In this document: one piece after another, positions 19,994 through 29,615 of the stretch
Numbering within the stretch: position 1 is the first letter of the stretch
How the letters are laid out: each line of letters opens with the position of its first letter
From: an uncultured Muribaculaceae bacterium
GTDB taxonomy: Bacteria; Bacteroidota; Bacteroidia; Bacteroidales; Muribaculaceae
Direction of reading: 5' to 3'
Length of the DNA: 64,000 nt
Assembly (NCBI GenBank): GCA_949742535.1
Contig: CATJQX010000095.1
Span: forward strand, 13-64,012
The notes under the pieces: model-generated
Seen by the model: only the letters and a program-made list of their open reading frames with translations
The model's database searches: none
What the model was told of the DNA's origin: nothing
Made by a program: the position numbers and the translations under genes

Positions 19994-20728
19994 ATGGTAA
20001 AAAAACTATTAACATTTTTTGCAATGCTTGTATCGGTTTGGGTGTCTTCATCGGCTCAAGTCGAATTCAAGCGTGGCCTGGAACAAATCTCATTCATCCC
20101 GAAAGGTCAATGGATAACGGGAGTAAGTGTGAGTTTCTCGCAGTCCAATCAGAGCAAATATCAGTTCCTCATAATAGAGAATATCGGCGGGGATGCCTAT
20201 ACATTCAAGATAAGTCCGATGCTTCTGTATTGCTTTCAGGATAATATGGCTGCGGGCGGAAAATTCGCATATACCCGCACCCGCACCCGGCTTGACAACG
20301 CTACGGTAAAGTTGGATAGTGAGACGGATTATAGTGTGGAGAATCTTTATTCTATCTCACATAATTACTCAGTTATGGGAGCTTTCCGTAACTATGTGAG
20401 TCTCGGACATAGCCGCAGGTTCGCTTTTTTCAATGAGGTGCAGCTGCAGGTAGGAGGAGGACAATCGAAAATCGCCAATGGCAAAGGCGCTGATTTTTCG
20501 GGTACGTTCCAGAACAGCTGGAATGTGAATGTGGGTCTTGCTCCCGGTATGGTGATGTTTCTCAACAATTATTCGGCCATAGAGGTGAACGTCGGTGTTC
20601 TCGGATTTTCATACAACCATACGAAGGCCACGACAGACCGCATATACGACGCGTCGTATAACTCAAAGGAAGCGCGGTTCAAAATAAATCTTTTTTCAAT
20701 CACTTTCGGCGTTGCATTCTATCTCTGA
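19994..20728 (+). CDS. Hypothetical outer-membrane beta-barrel A
   Basis: Signal peptide, alternating beta-strands, C-terminal aromatic FGVAFYL. Confidence 0.75.
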   Translation: MVKKLLTFFAMLVSVWVSSSAQVEFKRGLEQISFIPKGQWITGVSVSFSQSNQSKYQFLIIENIGGDAYTFKISPMLLYCFQDNMAAGGKFAYTRTRTRLDNATVKLDSETDYSVENLYSISHNYSVMGAFRNYVSLGHSRRFAFFNEVQLQVGGGQSKIANGKGADFSGTFQNSWNVNVGLAPGMVMFLNNYSAIEVNVGVLGFSYNHTKATTDRIYDASYNSKEARFKINLFSITFGVAFYL

Positions 20729-20749
20729 TGCCATACACAGTCTGATCTT

Positions 20750-21640
20750 ATGCTTAAATTACTGAAGATATTGATTCTTGTTATGGTGCCGATGGTCTCG
20801 GCCTCGTTCGGGTGCCATGCACGTGTCCTTCCGTTCAATATACTTGACAAACTTGCCGACTCCAAAAAGATCCCGCTGGACTCTGTCGCGCTCCAGGAAG
20901 CGGCGCGTAACGAAAAAGTGATTGTGAAAGGCGATACGGTAAGTTTGATCCTGCCGCAAAAAAACTACGGACGTTATGACCGCGGACTGTTCAACTATCT
21001 GTTTATACCCAAAGGACAATGGTCATTCGGTATGCTTGCCTCATATGGGGAATTCAATACCGACGATGTGCAGCTGCTTTCGGTACTGAAAGATTTCAAT
21101 ATAAAGGTAAAGGCATATTCCCTGCAGCCCTCCATCTCGTATTTCTTCACCAATAACCAGTCAATCGGGGTGAATTTCAAATATACCCGTATGGTGGCTG
21201 ATCTCGCTGGGTTGAAATTTGACATAAGCGACGACCTGAACTTCTCGCTTTCCGACGTGAGCTATTATTCCAAAAATTATTCGGCCGCGCTTGCCTACCG
21301 TAACTATGTGGGGCTTGGACGCGACCGCCGTTTCGGGGTATTCAATGAAGTGGAAGTGGCTTTTGGTGCCGGTTCTTCACGGTTTCTGAGGCATTACGCA
21401 GGTGAGCTGTATGACACGCGCACCAGTTCCATGTCGGCGGCATTGAATTTCTCTCCCGGTCTGTGTGTCTTTATCATGGATTATGTGAGTTTCAATGTCT
21501 CGTTTGGTGTGTTCGGTGTGAATGTGCATCACGAAAGGCAGAGTACGAACGGAGTTGACGAGGGATGGCGTTTCTCGTCCGGAGCCAATTTCCGTTTCAA
21601 TATTTTCAATATAAATTTCGGTATGGCAGTCTATATCTGA
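20750..21640 (+). CDS. Hypothetical outer-membrane beta-barrel B (paralog of A)
   Basis: Shares FIPKGQW and RNYV.LG..RRF..FNEV with A; C-terminal FGMAVYI. Confidence 0.75.
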   Translation: MLKLLKILILVMVPMVSASFGCHARVLPFNILDKLADSKKIPLDSVALQEAARNEKVIVKGDTVSLILPQKNYGRYDRGLFNYLFIPKGQWSFGMLASYGEFNTDDVQLLSVLKDFNIKVKAYSLQPSISYFFTNNQSIGVNFKYTRMVADLAGLKFDISDDLNFSLSDVSYYSKNYSAALAYRNYVGLGRDRRFGVFNEVEVAFGAGSSRFLRHYAGELYDTRTSSMSAALNFSPGLCVFIMDYVSFNVSFGVFGVNVHHERQSTNGVDEGWRFSSGANFRFNIFNINFGMAVYI

Positions 21641-21662
21641 GATGGCCGATAATAGATAAGAT

Positions 21663-23240
21663 ATGATAAAGCGTTTTGATAAATTATGCATCCTACTGCC
21701 GTTGGCGGCACTGGTATTAATCATGCAAGGATGCTTGAAAAACGATATACCATACCCGCGTATACAGCCTAATTTTACGGAGATGGAAGCTCCCGGTCTG
21801 GTAAAGGCCGCGGAGATTGACTCCGCAAACCGGCTGGTGACACTGAGTTTTGACGAGAGTGTGGATATAGAGAATGTCAGCATAACGTCATACAAATTGT
21901 CCCAGGGCGCGACTATCGTGTCTGGTGACCTGGACCGACCGGTCGACCTGTCACACTATTATATCGTCACATTGCGGTTATATCAGGATTACGACTGGGT
22001 TATACGAGGTGTCCAAAATATCGAAAGATACTTTACCGTAGAGAATCAGGTAGGAGCAACTATCATCGATGTTACGGGACGGCGTGTCGTGGTGACCATG
22101 GCGGGACAGGAAGCTCTGAAGGAGGTAAAAGTGCTTACAATGAAACTTGGGCCTGAAAATTCTACTGCTGTTCCGGATCTTACCGGCAAGACGATAAATC
22201 TGCAGAAACCGGTGGAAGTTACCGTGAGTGCATTCGGCCGGGATGAAGTCTGGACCATATACGGCGAGTTTGTGGAAAGCTCGGTCGAGACAATAAGTGC
22301 CGATGGATGGACCCAGGTGGGTTGGGTATATGGCTCCGGTGTTGCAGGACATGACAACGGCGTTGAATACCGGCAGAAAGGAGACACCGAGTGGGCGCGT
22401 GTGCCGGACAGTTGGGTGACACATACCGGCGGAACGTTCTGCGCACGTATAATCAACCTGAATCCGCTTACTACATATGAAGCGCGTGCATATTCAGACG
22501 CGGAAGCGGGAAAGGTTGTGGAATTCACGACAGGCGGTATCGTACAGGTGCCTAACTCGGCGCTTGACGAGTGGAGCAAAGACGGCAAAATATGGAACCC
22601 ATGGCCGGAAGGGGGAGAACCCTATTGGGGAACCGGCAACAAGGGCGCTACCACACTTGGTGAAAGCAATACAGTGCCTACGGAGGACACCTCGAGCGGC
22701 ACCGGACTGGCGGCTAAACTTGAAACCCGTTTCATTGGAATCGGAGTAATCGGCAAACTTGCTGCCGGAAACATCTTTGTCGGTACATATGTGAGGACTG
22801 ACGGCACTAACGGAGTGCTGAGTATGGGGCGGCCGTTTACCGAGCGTCCTACAAAGCTGCGCGGATATCTCAAGTATAATTCAGTCCCGATAAGCCATAC
22901 CAACAATGAATTCACCTCACTGAAAGGTGAGCCGGATACCTGCATCGTATGGTGCGCTCTCATCGATTCCCCGCAGCCTGTGGAAATCCGCACCAACCCG
23001 TCGAACAGAAGTCTGTTTGACCCCAATGGACCGGATGTTGTGGCATATGGCAAATTCCAAAGCGGTCAGTCGATACCGGAATACATACCGTTTGAGATAG
23101 AACTGGATTATAACTCCACATCAAGGGTGCCGACATACATACTGATCGTAGGCAGTGCGAGCAAGTACGGCGACTATTTTACCGGCGGAGCGGGCAGTGT
23201 GCTCTATCTGGATGATCTGGAGCTTATGTACGATTATTGA
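21663..23240 (+). CDS. PCMD (putative carbohydrate metabolism domain) lipoprotein with Ig/FN3-like modules
   Basis: Lipobox MQGC; WGTGNKG, KLAAGNIF.G, FTERPTKLRG, ASKYGDYFTGGAGSVLYLDD. Confidence 0.85.
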   Translation: MIKRFDKLCILLPLAALVLIMQGCLKNDIPYPRIQPNFTEMEAPGLVKAAEIDSANRLVTLSFDESVDIENVSITSYKLSQGATIVSGDLDRPVDLSHYYIVTLRLYQDYDWVIRGVQNIERYFTVENQVGATIIDVTGRRVVVTMAGQEALKEVKVLTMKLGPENSTAVPDLTGKTINLQKPVEVTVSAFGRDEVWTIYGEFVESSVETISADGWTQVGWVYGSGVAGHDNGVEYRQKGDTEWARVPDSWVTHTGGTFCARIINLNPLTTYEARAYSDAEAGKVVEFTTGGIVQVPNSALDEWSKDGKIWNPWPEGGEPYWGTGNKGATTLGESNTVPTEDTSSGTGLAAKLETRFIGIGVIGKLAAGNIFVGTYVRTDGTNGVLSMGRPFTERPTKLRGYLKYNSVPISHTNNEFTSLKGEPDTCIVWCALIDSPQPVEIRTNPSNRSLFDPNGPDVVAYGKFQSGQSIPEYIPFEIELDYNSTSRVPTYILIVGSASKYGDYFTGGAGSVLYLDDLELMYDY

Positions 23241-23261
23241 TATCTCAATGAAACGACATAA

Positions 23262-23304
23262 TCAAGGCGCCGTGATGAAGGGGAACTTCATCACGGCGCC
23301 TTGA
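23262..23304. repeat. Perfect 19-bp inverted repeat between convergent genes (bidirectional terminator or REP-like)
   Basis: TCAAGGCGCCGTGATGAAG-GGGAA-CTTCATCACGGCGCCTTGA. Confidence 0.75.
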
Positions 23305-23325
23305 CTTATGCAAGAGACTGTTAGC

Positions 23326-25596
23326 TCACCGATTTCTGGCACGGCGGCTGCTGAACTCGGAGTCATGCAGTTTGGCGTAGGCACGCAGGTATTTGCGCAC
23401 TGCCGATACCATTTCCTGGGTTTCCTGAAGCATGTTAAGATATACATATACCACTGTCATCGAAGCCGGATCTCCTTCCCTCAATTGGTCGTGCAGATTG
23501 TGGTATGTCTCGGAGATATGGTCTTTGATTTCGTCGCAACGCTTGCGTAGATCGGTCACTCCCGTTATTTCGTTCGCAGGCAGCGTAGAGGTCACATCCT
23601 CAAGTAGATGGATTACCATGGCGCGTGTGGTTTCGAAATCCTCGTGGTATTTCTTGGGGAGAGGATGGAAATTGTTTTCCACATGTTCCTTGCAGATTTC
23701 ATTGATACGCCTGAGGTTGTACAGGATACCCATGCAGCAGTTGTTGGCCAGATGGAACCAGGTGCTTTTCTCGATGGCTACCTCTTTGTTTACCTGACGC
23801 AGGCAGAGGGTTTCTTTGCGCCTCGTATTTTTCAGGATATCTTTGTGCATGGTGAGGCTTTTGTCGGTCTTGCGCAGTGCTCCCGCGTTCTCGCGGATAA
23901 ACGCATATGTTATGTTTGCGTAACTTTCTTTGACAAAGCCCATGAATTTATCCTGTTGTTCGGTAATATAGAGCAGCAACAGGTTCCAGATCTCTTTTTT
24001 ATCCTCGGTAGTCATGATGGTCTGGAACATCACGTCGCCAGATTCTTCTTTCTGGCGTTTACGGAAACGGCGATTGCTTCTGATAATAAGAAATACAGTG
24101 ACCAATGCGAGGGCAAACATCATCCAGTGTCCGCCGAAATGCATCAGCAGTACGATTATTCCCGCTCCGATGAATGCCACTCCGGCAGTGAGGAACCATC
24201 CGCCTATAACCGAGATCACGCCTGTAATGCGGAATACGGCGCTTTCACGCCCCCATGCTTTATCGGCGAGAGATGTGCCCATCGCTACCATAAAAGTAAC
24301 GAATGTGGTTGACAGTGGAAGTTTCAATGAGGTGCCCAATGCGATCAATGCGCCGGCCAGAACGAGATTTACCGATCCTCGCAGGAGGTCGAAGGCGGCT
24401 CCCTGTTCCATGATTGTGTCGTCGACGTTGAAACGGCGCTTAAACCACATACGCACTTTGGGAGGGGTGACTTTGCGTACCCAGCTGATGAAGGAGAGCG
24501 TCCACCTTACAAGCCGCCGCGCTATGCGCGACGAACCGAACATTTCTTCTCCTCCCTGCTGGCTTCCCAGACCTATTTCGGTCTTGGCGACATTGCGTGC
24601 TTTCTTGGAAGAAGCGAGAGAGACCACCATAAGAGTGCCGGCGCCTATCAGAAACCATATCGGTGTCTTTGCCGGACCGTTCAGGGCACCCATCAGATGG
24701 GCTGTCGGGTCGCCGGCACCTCTCGCTACATAATCCTGATAGGATGCCAGACCGCTTAGCGGCACACCGATGAAGTTTACAAGGTCATTGCCGGCGAATG
24801 CCATGGCGAGCGCGAATGTACCCATCAGAACGATCACTTTCAGGACATTCACCTTCAAGGCGTGGAGCAACTGCATCAGAAGAGTGAAGAAAACAAGACA
24901 GCCACATATTATGAGGGCTGTATGCAGGCTGATCCACATCTTTACTCCAGGGGTCATGAACGTAAGGTCCTTTGCCCCCTTGATGAGCAGGAAGTAGACA
25001 ATGGCTGTCGCGCATATTCCGCCGAATATCCCGATCTTCCATTTGAGATTGCTCCTGTAGTTGAAAGAAAAGATCATGCGGGTGATGAATTGCACGACAG
25101 TTCCGAAGAAGAAAGCGATTGCCACCGACAGGAAAATTCCGATGATTACAGACAGTGCTTTTTCAGTGTTAAGCAAGTCGTTAAATCCCAGATCCGTTCC
25201 TCCTGCCATTTTGATCAATGCTACCACGAATGTGGCTCCGAGAAGCTCGAATACCATTGAGACGGTGGTGGATGTCGGCATTCCCAATGTATTGAAAATA
25301 TCAAGCAGTATTATGTCGGTGATCATGACCGCCATAAAAATGCAGATAAGGTCATAAAACGAGAAATGCTCTGGCCGGAAAATGCCGTGCCGGGCTATCT
25401 CCATCATGCCGTTGCTCATAGCGGCTCCGATAAATACGCCGATAGACGCTACGATTATTACCCTCTTGAATGACGCGGCTTTTGAACCTATCGCTGAATT
25501 CAAAAAATTTACTGCGTCATTGCTTACTCCTACTGACAGATCAAAGACTGCCAGCATAAACAGGAATATTATGACGCACAAAAATAGGATGTCCAT
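23326..25596 (-). CDS. PiT-family inorganic phosphate transporter with C-terminal PhoU-like helical domain
   Basis: GVSNDAVN, PTSTT, GNDLVN, PLSTT; long helical C-terminus. Confidence 0.88.
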   Translation of the reverse strand: MDILFLCVIIFLFMLAVFDLSVGVSNDAVNFLNSAIGSKAASFKRVIIVASIGVFIGAAMSNGMMEIARHGIFRPEHFSFYDLICIFMAVMITDIILLDIFNTLGMPTSTTVSMVFELLGATFVVALIKMAGGTDLGFNDLLNTEKALSVIIGIFLSVAIAFFFGTVVQFITRMIFSFNYRSNLKWKIGIFGGICATAIVYFLLIKGAKDLTFMTPGVKMWISLHTALIICGCLVFFTLLMQLLHALKVNVLKVIVLMGTFALAMAFAGNDLVNFIGVPLSGLASYQDYVARGAGDPTAHLMGALNGPAKTPIWFLIGAGTLMVVSLASSKKARNVAKTEIGLGSQQGGEEMFGSSRIARRLVRWTLSFISWVRKVTPPKVRMWFKRRFNVDDTIMEQGAAFDLLRGSVNLVLAGALIALGTSLKLPLSTTFVTFMVAMGTSLADKAWGRESAVFRITGVISVIGGWFLTAGVAFIGAGIIVLLMHFGGHWMMFALALVTVFLIIRSNRRFRKRQKEESGDVMFQTIMTTEDKKEIWNLLLLYITEQQDKFMGFVKESYANITYAFIRENAGALRKTDKSLTMHKDILKNTRRKETLCLRQVNKEVAIEKSTWFHLANNCCMGILYNLRRINEICKEHVENNFHPLPKKYHEDFETTRAMVIHLLEDVTSTLPANEITGVTDLRKRCDEIKDHISETYHNLHDQLREGDPASMTVVYVYLNMLQETQEMVSAVRKYLRAYAKLHDSEFSSRRARNR

Positions 25597-25619
25597 AAAT
25601 CGATCTGTTTAAGTTGCTA

Positions 25620-25680
25620 CAAAATTAACATCCGGACATTTCAAAAATGTTTCATAAAATTTAAATTTTTATGAAACATT
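25620..25680 (-). promoter_or_regulatory. PiT promoter (TAATTTTG) with upstream box and 14-bp inverted repeat
   Basis: AATGTTTCATAAAA..TTTTATGAAACATT (25646-25680); motif shared with the regulator promoter. Confidence 0.55.
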
Positions 25681-25713
25681 CAAGCATCCGGTCCGATTTA
25701 GAGACAGGTATGA

Positions 25714-27162
25714 TCAGTGTTTCGGCAACGTGATTCTGAAAACCAGACCTCCGTTTGGCCGGTTTGCGACAGTGATATTACCGCCATGGAGCAGAATGGC
25801 ATTTTTTACGATCGACAATCCCAGGCCGGTTCCTCCAGCGGCACGTGATCGCCCTTTGTCTATGCGGTAAAAGCGTTCGAACAAGCGGGGGAGATGTTCC
25901 TCGCCGACACCGTTTCCATTGTCTGCGACAACCAAGGTGACTTTGTCATCTGTCTCGTCTGCCACACGGATGATGATTTCCGTCCCTCCTGAATAAGCGA
26001 TCGCATTATCAATCAGGTTGTGGAATACAGAAAGCAACAGCGACTGGTTGCCAATAACCGGTAGTTCTCCCGAAGTCACGTTCTTGATTTCAATTCCTTT
26101 TGACAGTGCCGCATGACGGCATTCCATGCATACGTCTGCTATGACTTCGTTTATGTCTACAGTCGATTTTACTATCTGTTCACGGCCGTCGTCCATACGG
26201 GTTATCTGTGACACATCTTCAAGCAGTTTTTTCAGGCGGTCTGTATTGGCAAGGCTTCTTTGCAAGAAATCCCGCCTTTTTTCCTGTGGCAGTTCCTCAT
26301 GGGCGAGTAAAGTCTCGAGGCACAGCTTTATTGCGGCGACGGGTGTCTTCAGCTCGTGGTTTATATTATCTGTAAGCTGCTTTTTGATACGCTCTTTTTC
26401 CTGTTGCTCATGGATGGCCGCACGGTGCTCCTTGTCTCTGTCTGCATTGGCTTGCTGCAGACGGACATAAAGTCGAACTATATGGTTTGATATGTCTCCG
26501 AGTTCGTCGTGCTGAAATGGCTCTGTGTCCGAGATCTTTTGACCTTTTTCTACATTTTCCGCAAATCGGTTGAGGCGTAAGATATGTTGTCCGAGCCTGT
26601 GTGTGGCAAAAAATCCCAGTGTACACATGACAACTGTTATGCTCCCGAGAAACCATAAAAAGCCATAGTCGGCATCAAGGAGTTCGCTCAGGGATATGGA
26701 GTAGGGGACGGCTGTTCTAATAATCTGCCCGTCGGGACTCTTGCTCGCGGAATAAAAATATGTGGCGCCCGTGCTCTCGCTGTGTCGCCTGATGGTATAA
26801 CCGGTACCGTTTTTTACAGCGGCGGCTATCTCCTGGCGGTTGAGGTGATTGATATGTGGGAGCGAGTCAAGGGAATTGTCGTAAACAACTGTTCCTTCTG
26901 GATTTATTATTGTTATACGGAGATCTTCAAACGGGTGTATTTCCCGCAGAGGCACATCTTTTATATCCACTCCGTCGGAAAGTTCAGACTGTATATAGGT
27001 ATTGATCAGCTGCAGCTGTGAATTGATCTCTTCCGCCTTGAATTGTTTCTCACGCTTCGTCTGGAAGATTACAAAACACCCCATAAGCAGGAGAGAATAT
27101 CCTAAAAGCCATAGGAAAAGGCGCCGGTGATATGGGAGCCTATTCAACGAATAAATATCCAT
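25714..27162 (-). CDS. Sensor histidine kinase (PhoR-like)
   Basis: 2 TM, HAMP-like DELG, HELKTP, NLIDNA..Y, FERFYRIDKGRSR..GGTGLGL. Confidence 0.9.
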   Translation of the reverse strand: MDIYSLNRLPYHRRLFLWLLGYSLLLMGCFVIFQTKREKQFKAEEINSQLQLINTYIQSELSDGVDIKDVPLREIHPFEDLRITIINPEGTVVYDNSLDSLPHINHLNRQEIAAAVKNGTGYTIRRHSESTGATYFYSASKSPDGQIIRTAVPYSISLSELLDADYGFLWFLGSITVVMCTLGFFATHRLGQHILRLNRFAENVEKGQKISDTEPFQHDELGDISNHIVRLYVRLQQANADRDKEHRAAIHEQQEKERIKKQLTDNINHELKTPVAAIKLCLETLLAHEELPQEKRRDFLQRSLANTDRLKKLLEDVSQITRMDDGREQIVKSTVDINEVIADVCMECRHAALSKGIEIKNVTSGELPVIGNQSLLLSVFHNLIDNAIAYSGGTEIIIRVADETDDKVTLVVADNGNGVGEEHLPRLFERFYRIDKGRSRAAGGTGLGLSIVKNAILLHGGNITVANRPNGGLVFRITLPKH

Positions 27163-27826
27163 ACCCGGGGCGTGTTACAATGTTTTTTCCATATTCTCCT
27201 ATCTTCTGTCTTATCCGCGTGATATTCACATCCACAACGCGATTCAGCACAATCACTTCGTCGGGCCAGATGCGATGTAGCAGTTCATCGCGCGAAAACA
27301 GTTTGCCTCTGTTTGAAAGCAATGTAAGAAGGATTTCGAATTCCTTCCGTGGAAGTTTCACTTCGTTTCCGTCTACGAGACATACTTTCCGGTCGGGGAA
27401 CAGTACGAGCCCCTTGTATGCCACTTTATCTGTATCTTCCGATCTTGCAGCGGACTTTCCGGCTCTTCTCAAAACAGCCTTGACGCGGGCGAGAATATTG
27501 CGGACAGAATATGGTTTGGTGACATAATCGTCGGCACCGAGGTGCAATCCGTTGACCATATCTTCCTCACTGTCTTTAGCTGTACAGAAAATGACGGGTA
27601 TGTCTGCCGTAGAGGGATTCCTTTTCAGAATATTGGCCATCTGCACTCCGCTGATACCTCCCATCATAATGTCAAGGAGTATGAGAGAGTAACGCTCAGG
27701 AGACATTGACAGGGCCTCTTCAGCGCTGTAAGCCACATCCGCTTCATACCCTTCCGCTTCAAGGTTGAATTTCAAGACCTCGCATAATGTCTCTTCATCA
27801 TCGACGATCAGTATTTTTTCAGCCAT
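27140..27826 (-). CDS. OmpR/PhoB-family response regulator
   Basis: ILIVDDE, LLDIMM, GADDYVTKP, winged helix RVVDVNITRIR..TRPGYGY. Confidence 0.92.
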   Translation of the reverse strand: MAEKILIVDDEETLCEVLKFNLEAEGYEADVAYSAEEALSMSPERYSLILLDIMMGGISGVQMANILKRNPSTADIPVIFCTAKDSEEDMVNGLHLGADDYVTKPYSVRNILARVKAVLRRAGKSAARSEDTDKVAYKGLVLFPDRKVCLVDGNEVKLPRKEFEILLTLLSNRGKLFSRDELLHRIWPDEVIVLNRVVDVNITRIRQKIGEYGKNIVTRPGYGYLFVE

Positions 27827-27830
27827 ACTT

Positions 27831-27866
27831 CAAAATTAACAGTTGCTCATTTGTCATTATGTATCA
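27831..27866 (-). promoter_or_regulatory. Regulator promoter TAATTTTG 4 nt before the ATG, with upstream box
   Basis: TGATACAT-N6-AAATG-N6-TGTTAATTTTG. Confidence 0.55.
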
Positions 27867-28057
27867 GGAGTGTAAATGATAACGCAAATTTAGCTCAATT
27901 AGATCTGAATTCCTCTACTAAAATAAAATTTAATGAAAACTTAATATCGTAGGATGTCAGAGGTGGGAGCCTACCCGGCATAGGGGTATTTATTTTTCGA
28001 AAAATGTTGCGGGTTCATTAATTCTTATTACATTTGCAAAATATAATTGAATGAAAA

Positions 28058-28780
28058 ATGAAAAAGATAAAATCTATATTGCTCATGTCTGCTTTGGCAG
28101 CCGGAACTGTCTGCTCAGATGCGGAGACAAGTTATATGTACGACAATCCTGACAACAAAACGTTTTTCGGCGTCCGTGTAGGTGTCGACATAAGTTCAGC
28201 AGCCAACGGTGGTGGCAATTACAGCAGCAATGCAGGTTTCTCGGCGGGTGCCATATATAATATCCCGTTATTTATGAATCTGTATTTTGAGCCGGGTCTT
28301 TCTTTCTTTTATAATGCTTTCGGTACGAGCAAATGGAACAGTTTTATCCCCGACAATCCTATATATGATCCTGAGACCGGAGAGCCGGTGTCTGTATTAT
28401 ATCAGGTTGACGGATCTATCCGCAATTTCGGCTTCAGGGTTCCGCTGATGATCGGATACCATTTTGACTTCGCTGAGGATGTGAAAGTGAATGTATTTAC
28501 CGGCCCCCAGCTGAATATGAGCCTGTATGCAAATTATAAGGTCGGAGCTGCGTATGGAAATGACAAGGATATGATTGACCGCGATGGATCACTGTTTGGT
28601 ACTGACGGGTTCAAGCATCTTGACCTTCAGTGGAAGTTTGGTGTGGGTGTGGCATACCAGACATATTATGCCGGTCTCAGCGGAGCATGGGGTCTGACCA
28701 ACATGAAGAGTGGCACGGCTATGCTTCCGCGTGATCTCCGCCGCAATCTGTTCTCTATAACTTTGGGATACAATTTCTGA
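28058..28780 (+). CDS. Outer-membrane beta-barrel (porin-family/OmpA-like TM domain)
   Basis: Signal peptide, FGVRVG, YFEPGL, VPLMIGY, C-terminal LGYNF; promoter TACATTTG at 28029-28036. Confidence 0.8.
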   Translation: MKKIKSILLMSALAAGTVCSDAETSYMYDNPDNKTFFGVRVGVDISSAANGGGNYSSNAGFSAGAIYNIPLFMNLYFEPGLSFFYNAFGTSKWNSFIPDNPIYDPETGEPVSVLYQVDGSIRNFGFRVPLMIGYHFDFAEDVKVNVFTGPQLNMSLYANYKVGAAYGNDKDMIDRDGSLFGTDGFKHLDLQWKFGVGVAYQTYYAGLSGAWGLTNMKSGTAMLPRDLRRNLFSITLGYNF

Positions 28781-28807
28781 CTTTCTCAGGCTTGCAGTGC
28801 GGCCTTT

Positions 28808-29572
28808 TTAAAGTTTTCCACTGTCGCGATAAGAGTAATATCCGGTCGGGCCGATTATAAGATGGTCATGTACCGGAACATCTATGATTTTGCAGATCTC
28901 AACAATCCGTCGGGTCAGATTATCATCCTGGCCCGACGGTTGCATTGTGCCCGACGGATGGTTGTGAAGTAATATTATGCCCGACGAAAGATGATCAATG
29001 GCACTTTTCGCGATAAGTTTTATATCTACCGCCGTGCATGCCATTCCCCCTTTACTAACACGTTCCTTGAAAAGAATCCGGTTAGCACGGTTCAGATGAA
29101 GCACCCAGAATTCCTCATAATTCAGCCTTTCGAGAGTGTCGCGCATGTAGTTGTATACATGCCGGCTGCTTACCATCTGCTCCTCCACAAGAGTGAGGCT
29201 TTTCTGTACTCTTGCACCGAATGTCATGGCTGCTGACAGCAATGTGGCCTTTGCTGTGCCGACACCTTTATATTTCTTTTTCAGCTCCGCTATCGACATG
29301 CGCGAAAGGCGGCTGAGTTTGTTGTCATTGTCCTGTAGAATCTCACGTGCCAGGTCAAGGACAGATTTTCCAGACATGCCTGAGCCGAGCAGAAGCGCCA
29401 GAAGCTCCACATCAGTAAGTGAGTCCAGCCCCAGACGCCCGGCTTTTTCGCGAGGTTTCTCTTCCTCGTTCAGATCCCGCATCAGCACCGGTACCACCTT
29501 TTGTGCGCTTGTGTCCGGTTTGCTATCAGCAGGTGTATGCGATCCTGTGCAGATAATGTCTGATATAGCCAT
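28808..29572 (-). CDS. radC: RadC/JAB-domain protein
   Basis: KPREK, ELLALLLGSG, EEFW, HNHPSG..PS..D, DHLII. Confidence 0.92.
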   Translation of the reverse strand: MAISDIICTGSHTPADSKPDTSAQKVVPVLMRDLNEEEKPREKAGRLGLDSLTDVELLALLLGSGMSGKSVLDLAREILQDNDNKLSRLSRMSIAELKKKYKGVGTAKATLLSAAMTFGARVQKSLTLVEEQMVSSRHVYNYMRDTLERLNYEEFWVLHLNRANRILFKERVSKGGMACTAVDIKLIAKSAIDHLSSGIILLHNHPSGTMQPSGQDDNLTRRIVEICKIIDVPVHDHLIIGPTGYYSYRDSGKL

Positions 29573-29615
29573 ATGCTGTTTCTGATAATATTATGAAATG
29601 TGGACAGCTGAGATG

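Noticed and set aside
28808-29572. radC as a marker of a mobile element or anti-restriction island
   Set aside because: It is the full-length chromosomal type among housekeeping genes, with no integrase, transposase or att-like repeats nearby
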